Shown: positions 24,747-35,468 of the stretch, in pieces
Layout: each line of letters starts with the position of its first letter
Position numbering within the stretch: position 1 is the first letter of the stretch
Assembly (NCBI GenBank): GCA_964016885.1
Contig: OZ024740.1
Span: 135,718,001-135,782,000, forward strand
Source of the DNA: Eledone cirrhosa
Lineage: Eukaryota
Direction of reading: 5' to 3'
Length of the DNA: 64,000 nt
Position numbers and translations under genes: made by a program
Notes under the pieces: model-generated
Databases searched by the model: none
The model's input: the letters and a program-made list of their open reading frames with translations, nothing else
Told to the model about the DNA's origin: nothing

Positions 24747-27700
24747 AACGAATAATAGTACAAAGCTAGCAAATGCATGGTTGAAGGGAGGTAATTCTCG
24801 ATCCCAGCTGACACCTATTTCCTGTTGTTTATGCAATGATTTATTTATTTATTTAACACATCACTTTTTACTTTTTAGATAATAAATTTCACAGATACAC
24901 TATCCACACAATAAATAAATAAATAGCTTTAACATCTTTAGTGCACGCATCATGAAAATAAAAACAAAAAAAAAAATGAAAAAATTATGCAGCGTGGACT
25001 AATGTTTTAATTATTTCGAACAAAAATGATAAAGAAAAGAAAAAAGAAAAAAAGGGGGTTTCACCAAGTGCGATAATTGGCCGCATCTCACACCTTAGGG
25101 TTTAACTACACGCTCGCAGCATTGCCACATGTTTTGTTATGATCGTCATCAGCGAAGCATGGAATTCATATGGGTTACTCATATGTAGGTATACAAAAAT
25201 ATATAGAATTGTTATTTAGAGAATATATTATATAGAATAGTTATTTGGAGAATATATTATATAGAGATGCTATCATCGTGAAAAATAACAAACAAGTAAG
25301 TTAGTGTAAACACATTTAATGTAGGAAACATAAAAAAGTTAAGCAAATGCGATGAAATCTGTGCATCGTCTAGTGTGGCCGTACAAGACGAAGACATGTC
25401 TGGAGTTATCTCCCGCACTTACCATCATCATCATTATTATTGTCGTCGTCGCATTCTTCGTTGTTTTTACATTAATTTTTACATGGTTGAATGGGTTAGA
25501 CAGGTGTTCTCCAGTACATCTCTCCTCTTAGAGCATAGATAATCTTGCTGGACAGGAGATCCAGCGGTAGATCCTGATGGTTGGACAACATCTCTGAACG
25601 TGGCTGGTCTCGCTTGGAATATCCAATCTGATCAGTTGGAGACAGTTACTTCTAACAGGACCCATTGGAAGGAGTGTTTGAGGACTTTTCACACACGACC
25701 CTCTCAGGAATAAGTGATCAAAGAAGAAGAAGGTTTATAGACAATTAAATTAATTCTAGTATACTTGATTATTACTCTGTTTTATCAACCCAAGGAGGAT
25801 GAAAGGCAAAGGTTAACCTTCACAGTGGGATTTGAACTAAGAATACAAAGGGCATATTCTCATATTGGCTTCACTTATTAGACTGTGGTCATAACATGAT
25901 ACCGTCTTCAAGGGATTTAATCGATCCTAGTATTTATTTTTTTAAAGTTTGGTACTTAATTTATCGATTTCTATTCTTTGAACTGCTAAGTTACAGGATA
26001 CAAACAAAGTTGTTAAGCGATATAAACAAACATGAATACATAAATACGTCGTAAATATATGATACGTAGATATATGTATATGCATACATACATGGATACA
26101 TACATACATACATGATGATGGCTGCCCTCTCGTTATGGAGTATGGCCATTGCACGATATACCATTATTAATAATTATTAATTAATTCTATCGTCCAATGC
26201 TTGTGCGTGAAGATATTTTTTTAAGTGAGGAAAGACTGTGCACTGAGCCAATCCCACTCTCTGAGTAGTTATAACCCGAAAAGAAGAAAAGATCAACATC
26301 AGCGGTAACTACTGAGCCGCAGGTTTTATATCGGAGTTATCCCAGTTTCCTGAGTTGCCTTCTCCTAGAAGAATGCGCTGACAAAGGCTAGGGGTCCTTC
26401 ACTCCCAGTGGTTTAACCACACGGTACATGTGTATATACATATTTACACACTTTCGGATGGCCGTTGACTCTTATGAGTTCTTTCGCCCCTTGTCAGGTT
26501 TTTTTTTTATCCTGCATGGTGTCCAGTTTAGTCGCTGACGACCCGACCATGCGACAGGTTGTACTGGGTTACATGTTACCAGTAGCACTCAAGAGTGACC
26601 CGACATACATACGTATGTATGTGTACATATATATGTATGTGTATCCTTGTTTGCTTATACCATTTAACAACTTTGTTGAGGAGATCTAAACAGGCACATT
26701 GTTTTCACTAAGTTGGTTTATAGATAAGATTTATTTTCACTACAGTAGAATAACGTTGCAAATATGTTTTAAATATATACATAAATAACACAATGAATGC
26801 GTAAATAACACCAAAAATTGCTCGCAATTCGTTCAGAAGGGCAAATATGTTTAAACCGTGTATGATAACACAATAATATAAATGTAAATGCATGAACAAA
26901 AATGATAAAGGAAAGAAGGAAAAGGGAGAGGGGGTGTTCACCACCAAGTGTGACCATTGGCAACACCTCACACCTTGGGGGTTAACTGTACACTTTCAGG
27001 CAAGCCAACACACTCGCAGCATTACCAAGGGTGATGAAATAACCAGGCACCCTCATGGGCATCACCTGACACCTCAGTAAGGCAACCTGCCAGTGAAGAC
27101 AAGAACTTCACTGTCAGCGGCTCAACTCCACCGAACATCTCAAACGTATACCAGCTGGAAAAATATACTGATGGGGTCAAATAGATAGAAACATGTCCAT
27201 AGATCAATTCTTAATTTCATGAAATTATCTCCCCTTTTCTTTGAGAGTCCAAGAGGAAAATTTCAATTAGTTAAGATCTTTTGGCATACAATTTTCAGTA
27301 CATGAATCTATAGGTCGTTTGTAAAAGAAAAGTAATAAATATGTATTCATGTCTTTCAATGGTAAATGTATTGTACTGACTCTTTGATGAAGCATAATAC
27401 TACTGGATTAGTAAGAACTTATGGAAAATAATTGTAAAGATACATTGTATTGATGAAGAAAAAATCATGTTAGATATTTGCTGTAACTTCTTAGGTAAAT
27501 GTGGCAGGTTATGAAGTTCATCCTAAGTATATTAATACTTATTTCATTATACATTTCTCAATGATGTTGTTGTTAGTGGTGGTATTATTGGTGTTAGTGT
27601 ATGGCTACAGATTGGCTGAAAGGTTAAGAAGTTCCCTTCACTATCATTAGGCCCCTGGTTCAAACCAACTGCATGGTATTTGGGGTGAATGTCATTTACC

Positions 27701-30231
27701 ATAGTCTATTTATTTACTATAGCTATCGTTGTTATTGTTTAGCCTTAATTTACACCTGATAAATTAATGTCTTCTAGTTGTTTGGAACTACATACTCATT
27801 AAATTATAGTGAAAGCACATGGCTTAGTGGTTAGAGAGTTGGATTCACAATCATGAGATTGAGATTGTGAGTTTGAATCCTGGACCAGGTGATGTCTTAT
27901 ATCCTTGACCATGACACTTTATTTCACATTGCTCCTTCTGCCAGGAGATGCAATATTAGCAATTGGAAAAATCAGTGGAAACATTGTTTCCTTGGTCCGC
28001 TCTGACGAGTTCCTCTCAGTAAGTGAATAATGTCTGGGATCTTATCAATTTGGTTCATTTAAAATTATAGTTTAACCCTTCTATGTACATTCATAACAAG
28101 AATATACTGCCTTTGTTGTTTTAATTATCAAAATAATAAACAATTTTGAAAGGTTAGGCTCACAATCGTGCGGTTGTGAGTTTGATTCCCAAACTATGCA
28201 GTGTGTTGTGTCCTTGAGCAAGACACTATATTTCACATGGCCCCAGTTCACTCAGCTGGAGAAATGAGTAGCAACATAACTGCTGCTAAGCTGTATCAGC
28301 TTTTGCTTTTGCCTTGGACATCCTTGGTGTGAAGAGGGAAGGCTGCTATGTATGTGTGACTGCTAGTTTTCCACAAAATCACCTTTCGCAAGCTTGTGCC
28401 ATTGAGGAGAACTTTCTAAATGCAAACCAATGGTTATTCATGAAAATATGCAAGGGTAGATATCATGTATTATTCACAAAATATATGGGTTACATGAGTT
28501 TTGGAAAATCAAATAAGATCTCCACGAAAAAATAGGTTTGGGAACCCCTGATCTAAATACTAATGATACAGCTAACAACATTACACATATCATGACACCA
28601 TCACAATCATTATCACCACCAGCAACATGACAGACACCACCATCTAAAAAAAAGTCTAAAGTCTGTCTCAAGCCTGGAGGTTCATCAGGCCACTGCTTAT
28701 CTGTGGTGTGAAACAACTGGAAGTACAATACTCTCCCCTGGACAAGACACCAGTCCATTACTTCCAGTTACTGCTGGTACTCATTTTCAGTTGAGTATAC
28801 TGGAGCAATGTGAAATGTCGAACCCATGACATTATGATCATAAGTTCAACATACTTATCACTAGGCCATGCACCTCCACACACCAGCATCAGTACTAATT
28901 ATTTAGAGCTAAATATAAAATAACTAACAGTATATGCATGATGCTACTCATCAGCTGGAAGCCGTGCATGTATGTTGTTAATTATCGAGAGCTAAATATA
29001 AAACTGGCAGCATATATGTGCTGCTGCTAACAACAAAGGGAAATATCCATGTGTGCCACTGCAGACTGATTGGGTGCGGCATACATACTTCCAATTCTTC
29101 TAATTATCATGATTATTATTTGATAAGGGTGTATGAACTTAAACCTACAATCAGAAGGCACCTCTTAATCCAATATACACCCCACCCCACACCCCCTACT
29201 CCATCCTCCCACTTCTGTCCACTGTAAAGTGGTCATGTAGGTGACACAACTAAAAGCATCCACTCCACACTGTAAAGTGGTTGGCATTAGGAGGTCATCC
29301 AGCTGTAGAAAACCTGCTAGAAACAGTTCTATGCGAGCGAGACATAGTCACCCGACTGATCTTGCTTCAAGTAGGACAAACCCGTCCAACTCATGCTAAT
29401 GTGGAAGATGGACGTTAAACGATGATGAAGATGATGAAGGATGGCAAATTGGCAGTATCGGTTGAGCATTGGACAACATGCTTTGGGGCATAAAGTTATG
29501 TCCCTTTACGTTCTGAATTAAAATCCCATCGAGGGTTGATAAAATAAAGTACTTATAGCACACTGGAGTCGATTTAATTGACTTTCCCATCCTCTAAAAT
29601 TGTTTGCCTAAATCAGAAACCATTATTATTATTTGACTTTGGACGTATATCAAGGGCCACAACTAAATATCTCAAAGCATTTTGACTGGACTGACTATCA
29701 AACAATAATTGTCTCTACTTTAGGCACAAGGCCAGCAATTACCCAGTGCATTACTGGTACTTTATTTTATTGACTCCGTAAGGATGAAAGGCAAAGTCAA
29801 CCTCGGCTGGATTTGAACTCAGATCGTAAAGGGACATAACTATGCTGGAAAGCATGGCGTCCGATCCTCAAACAATAATGGCTACAATGAGTAGACCTAT
29901 GATCAAAGGCATTCCATCCATGAACACTCCTCTTTTTCTTGCACTTTGTCCAATGAAAGTCCATTGAAGATCAATGTGTTCAAATACCTGCTCATCAGAG
30001 ATATAACGATGCAATAGACTACATTACATATGAAATTAGTTTACTTAAGTTCTTATAGTAATAGTGGGTAATACATTAAAAAAGATATTGTATATAAAGT
30101 CAAGTTGTTTACATCTGTCTATTACATGCAGCATAGTATATACAGTATATATAAATATACTATATTTATACTGTAGTATAGCATAGCATTGAAACAGGTC
30201 TATCAACAAACCATTAATTTATAAATACAAT

Positions 30232-30450
30232 AGGGCGGTGGATTGGCAGTATCGGTAGAGGGTCGAACGCCATGCTTTGCAGCATAGAGTTATGGCTCTT
30301 TATGATCTGAGCTCAAATCCCGCCGAGGTTAACTTTGCCTTTCATCCTTATGGGGTCGATAAAAGAAAGTACCAGTCATGCACTGGGGTCGATTTAATCG
30401 ACTTTCCCCTCCCCCCAAATTACTGACCTTGTGCCTATATAAGAAACCAT
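30232..30450 (+). mobile_element. tRNA-derived SINE family A, young full copy
   Basis: A-box-like TGGCAGTATCGGTAG, B-box-like GAG(C/T)TCAAATCCC, core GCCTTTCATCCTTA(C/T)GGGGTCGATAAAA-AAAGTACCAG; flanking direct repeat AAACCATTAATTTATAAATACAAT at 30208-30231 and 30444-30467. Confidence 0.85.
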
Positions 30451-32294
30451 TAATTTATAAATACAATGTCCCCTTCCCAATCGGTAACATATCATTTACA
30501 GAGAAGCAAACACATTTTCTTTGTGTCCAAAGGTGGAGAGCGTCTATTCTATAGAATCTATATATTTATTTTTCAAAAGCTTAATCATTATTTGAGTCTT
30601 TGTAATTGTTATTTATGCTACAATAATATAACCAACACTAATATGATCAGTGTTTTTCCATATGTGTATATCACCATTCATCTCATCTATGAAGCCCAAC
30701 AACTTAAGATCTAATCTCCCCACTTCTTTCCATATCCACTATCACAAGTAGTCTTTCACTGTTAGTAGGATGCTTTCTCATCCAATAGCAACATTGACTA
30801 ATGATGATCAAAAGAGAGCTAAGTGATTGCTTGACCTGTTAGAAATAGCAGCCAAATCTCCTCTTATTGTCTTTAAAAACAAGGAGATTTACGTATCCAA
30901 GATAATATAGTCCTGGATATAGTAAACCTTTTGTGACCATCTTTCTAATGAAATGCTCTCTATTTCAATTAATTAATGAAGAATTTTGAGGAGTTTACTA
31001 AAATTATTAGTTCATTCATTACTAAGATAGTAACTTAACATATGGTTATAATATAAAATTGTTAAGTTTTAATTTTAAAAGGAACCTTTTAAAATGGGTG
31101 TCTTTTATTTCATAGAACAAGAGTTGGTAACAAAAGTGTTAAATGTTAAATAAAGATGAGCTTATCTCGACCATCTTTGATCATTGCTTGGTATATTCAA
31201 AACTGACTTGGATCTAAACAATAAAAACAAAAGAGCTGATACTTTTAATATCCTTCTGTTCTGTCTGTTCATTTGTGTAAGTTAACAATGTCCATCATCC
31301 AATGGATTATGTATGATCCCGTAACTCCCTCTTGAAGGACTCATAGGGGCACCATATTGACATGCAACATTTCTAGGGCATTTTATAAACCTGGCAGAGC
31401 TCATCTCCTCTGCAGTTCTGAATACAACAGATTTCTTCCAGAAAAAGATAGAAAGAGTGAGAGAATGGAAGTGAAGAAGAGATGTAGAAGAATCAACTCC
31501 AGTACTAGACTGATACTCTTTTTCTATCAACCTTGTATGGTTGAAAGGCAAAGTTGACCACGGTGGAATTTGAATTCAGAGAGCAGAGAGCTGAAACAAA
31601 TACAGCAAAGCATTCTATCCGATGTTCTAATGACTCTGCCAATTCGCTGCCTCCAGTTGACTATACTCAACTCATTTCTCTGCTCTGTGTTTAATGTCCT
31701 GTATCTGTTTCATAACAATGTAACATCACAATTATTTCCAGTGTTTTATGTTGTCTAACTTTTGTATAAACAAATACCATTTTTCTTTCACTTCAACTCA
31801 AAATCCAATAACTCACAAATCTCAAAGGAAATTAAATAGAAATTCCTAAACATGGAAGAAGTGTTTTTGTTTACTTTTATAATATAATACATACACCTCA
31901 GTGGAGTATGTTCTCTTATTCTTTTTCTTTCAGTTATTGATTGTTCTCTGTAAAGGTGATGGAAGTTCTATTTACAATCTGGAAGTGATTCATTAATTAT
32001 AAGAAAATTGTCAACTTCAACAAACCATGTAAGCCAACATGGTTGCACTACTTGCTAGAAATAGCTATTTAATCTCCATTAAAGCATCATCTTAGAAGGT
32101 TACATAAGCTGATATAGTCCAGGTTACATACACTATACCTGAACAAAAGGTGGTTTGGTCATGGCTGGAATGGCTCTGATAAGTCTACTTGACCAGAGCT
32201 GACTTGTTACTGTTGTTTAACTGATGACATATGATAATCCTCATGAGAGAAACATTGAGAGAAACAATGAAGTTGTGGATTGGAATTGACTTTC

Positions 32295-32620
32295 ACCAGT
32301 TTCAATGATGAGTGTTCTAGTTGTTTGATTAACAAAACAGTCTGCTCATGAAATTAAAGTGCAAGTGGCTGAGCATTCCATAGATAGTGTACTCTTAACA
32401 TAATTCACAAGGAGATTCAGGGACACAGAATGTGACAAGGTTGGTCCTTTGAATTACAGGTCCAATTCATCTGACAGGCTTCTAAACAGTTTCTCAGTTT
32501 CATTCACGAGGTATGGATTGACATAAGGCTATGGTAAATGACAATTGCTCAAGTTGCCATGCTGTGAGATTGAACCTGGGACCTAATAATTAAGTGAACC
32601 TTTTAACAATTCAGCCATGC
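32295..32620 (-). mobile_element. SINE family C, older (others ~42640-42930, 45410-45930, 52545-52860, 55605-55780)
   Basis: Recurrent block GTGTTCTAGTTG...GAAATTAA-GTGCAAGTGGCTGAGCATTCCA...GTGACAAGGCTGG-CCTTTGAATTACAGGT, leading to a reverse-oriented tRNA-like head. Confidence 0.6.
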
Positions 32621-32800
32621 TGCCTTCACAGTTGAATTAAATGCTTTTACAGTATTTAGTTTTGTTCAATTCCAACCATTCTTGCTTTCTACAAATCCAG
32701 GAGGGATTACAGGCAAACAAGTAAGACAGATGGCCAAGATAATGGGGCAACAGAAGCTGGTGGTTTGTATGCGTCACCAGGTCAGACAAGAAGAGGATCG

Positions 32801-32886
32801 ACTTAGTAATTAGAGGATTGTTCTGATAAATGTAAGGTCATGGGTTCAATCTCAGGACTGGGCAACATATTTCATTTCACATTACT
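32801..32886 (+). mobile_element. 5' half of a family B SINE split by the RTE LINE (3' part resumes at 34516)
   Basis: CTTAGTAATTAGAG...GGGTTCAATCTCAGGACTGGG...ATTTCACATTACT | ATTACTCCAGTCAACT. Confidence 0.7.
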
Positions 32887-34474
32887 TGACTTGGAGAAAG
32901 CCTTTGACAGAGTACCCCGCTCGATTATCTGGTGGGCCCTTAGAAAACTAGGTGTTGATGAATGGCTTGTGAGAGCTATACAAGCCATGTATAAAGAAAC
33001 AGTCAGCAAGGTTAGAATTAACAACGAATATAGTGAAGAGTTTAGCGTAAAAGTTGGTGTTCATCAGGGCTCCGTCCTTAGCCCCCTACTATTTATTATT
33101 GCCCTTCAGGCTATAACAGAGGAGTTCAAGACTGGCTGCCCATGGGAACTCCTATACGCAGATGATCTAACGCTCATAGCTGAATCAATGGCTGAACTAG
33201 AGAAGAAATTCCAAACATGGAAGCATGGCCTAGAATCAAAAGGCCTTAAAGTTAACTTGTCTAAGACTAAAGTTCTAGTTTGTAGGAAGGAAAATAGGGC
33301 GCCGGTCCCATCTGGGAAATGGCCATGCTCAGTGTGTAGGAAAGGAGTAGGCAGAAACTCCATTTTATGTCCTAAATGCAAAGTATGGGTACATAAAAGT
33401 TGTAGTGGGATCGCAGGTAAGCTAACTAAGAATATAGATTTTATATGTGGCCGGTGCTCTGGTGCAATAAGTAGCAGCAAGTGCCCACAGAATACTAACT
33501 CATTCCATTGCACAGATGGTTCTATAGAAATAGTGGACAGCTTCCGTTACCTGGGTGACAAAATCAGCAGTGGGGGAGGGTACTCTGAAAGTACAGTAGC
33601 TAGAGTCAGAACGGGATGGAAAAAGTTCAGAGAGCTTATACCACTATTGGCCGCTAAAGGGTTCTCTCTAAAAATGAAAGGCAGGCTGTATGATGCCTGC
33701 ATACGAACAGCAATGTTACATGGCAGTGAGACCTGGGCATTGTGTGCAGAGGATATACGCAGACTGGAGAGAAACGAAGCTTGCATGCTCCGCTGGATGT
33801 GTAATAGTAATATACGTGAACAGCAAAGCATAAACGAACTAAGGGAGAAATTAGGAATAAGAGGGATCAGATGTTGTTTACTCAAGAGAAGACTACCTTG
33901 GTACGGTCACGTGATGTGCATGAAAGACGACAGCTGTATAACAAAGTGCAGGGCGATAAAAATAGACGGTAGCCACGGAGTAGGCAGACCCAGAAAAACC
34001 TGGGACGACTTGATAAATTCCGACCTCACACACTTACACCTCTCCAAGACAATGTCACTGGACTGAGACCTTTGGCGCTACACAGTAATAGAGAAGACCC
34101 GCCTTGCCTAAGTACAAAGCGAAACCTACAGTCAGTAGGCACCTCTAACGAAATACACCCCCGTCCCACTACCCCCACCCCATCCACACCACCCCCTTAA
34201 ATGTAAAGTTATGTTGGTAGCACAACATCCAGCCCGAAACAAATGAGGTCGTGTAGGTGTCACGACAAAAAAAAACAACACACAGTCCACGCTGTAATGT
34301 GGCATAACACGGTAAAAACCTCCCAGTCCACACTGTAAACGTGGTTGGTGTTGGGAAGGGCATCCAGCCGTAGAAAACCCGCCAGACAGTCCTATACGAG
34401 CAGGACAACAATCTTGCCTCAGGTGGGAAAACTTCCGTCCAAATCCATGCAAGCGTGGAAGATGGACGTTAAAC

Positions 34475-34515
<41 letters not shown>
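32887..34515 (+). mobile_element. RTE-clade LINE, same family, 5'-truncated within RT, inserted into a SINE
   Basis: Near-identical to 9640-11264; TSD ATTACT at 32881-32886 and 34516-34521; (GAT)n tail; the host SINE resumes after the tail (ATTACTCCAGTCAACT). Confidence 0.95.
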
Positions 34516-34516
<1 letters not shown>

Positions 34517-34541
34517 TTACTCCAGTCAACTAAGCCAAAAA

Positions 34542-34573
<32 letters not shown>

Positions 34574-34585
34574 AACTGTTGCTAT

Positions 34586-34763
34586 TTTTTGGCACAAGGC
34601 CAGCAATTATACCAGTGCATTACTGGTACTTTATTTTATCGACCCTGTAAGGATGAAAGGTAAAGTTAACCTCCGTGGGATTTGAAATCAGACTGTAAAG
34701 GGACATAACTATGCTAGAAAGCATGGCATCCGACCCTCTACCGATACTGCCAATCCACCTAAC
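34586..34763 (-). mobile_element. SINE family A, reverse orientation (others ~29705-29870 and ~57620-57833)
   Basis: Reverse complement of the family A sequence. Confidence 0.8.
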
Positions 34764-34769
34764 AATAAC

Positions 34770-35120
34770 TAGGGAACAAAGAATAAGTATTGCATCATAT
34801 ACATATTTAATCACATATCACATATGTTTCATTGCCGATCAGCTCGAGGAACGATCGATTATGTTCATTCCTGACTCTGGAATCATAAGCTTCTCAGGTA
34901 TGTGCTTTCACATGTAGGCTTACGTCCAAATATTTAGACATAATCGATTGTTCCTTGAACTAATTGGCAGTGAAACATATGTAATATGTGTTTAAATATA
35001 TATATGATGCAACACTGATTCTTTGTTCCCTAATTATTATCAATACTCTGTCCTCAATAGCATCGAGTGCTCATCTTGGCATATCGCCTGTGAACACAGT
35101 CCAATTGCACCCTTACTACT
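34770..35120. mobile_element. fold-back insertion with 95-bp arms and partial hammerhead (Penelope-like relic)
   Basis: Arms 34770-34864 / 34938-35032 (11 mismatches); GAAA-CATATG-TA at 34972-34983; one-sided tail running into TA-rich sequence. Confidence 0.6.
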
Positions 35121-35468
35121 ATATAATATATATATGTGTGTGTGTGTGTGTGTATCATATATATTTAGCACTGGTTATTATAATATTTAATGAGCAGTAC
35201 ATTTCATATCTGGCCTCTGGCCTGGGGTGGTCTATTACCAGCTTTGAGGACTTATATACTTTATATCTGGCTGGGACCTGTTACCAGTTTTCCACAGGCT
35301 TGGCTGCCACCACCATCACTGCACCATGGTATAATTTATCAGTATAGGTAGAAAATGCACTAGAGAATGTACCAGTAATTTTATGTCATTTTGAAGTATG
35401 GTGGTAAAATTTATTTTACCTGATTTGTCTGCTATCTGCTAAACATAATAACATAAGAGATATTTCTT

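Noticed and set aside
24747-24836. upstream in-frame extension of DTWD2 exon 1
   Set aside because: Begins at a non-ATG codon and shows no similarity to DTW proteins; treated as 5' UTR or promoter.
30232-30330. tRNA genes at SINE heads
   Set aside because: A/B-box-like motifs are followed by a shared SINE body and TSDs; no complete cloverleaf.
34476-34515. poly-Met ORF start
   Set aside because: It is the (GAT)n tail of the RTE LINE.
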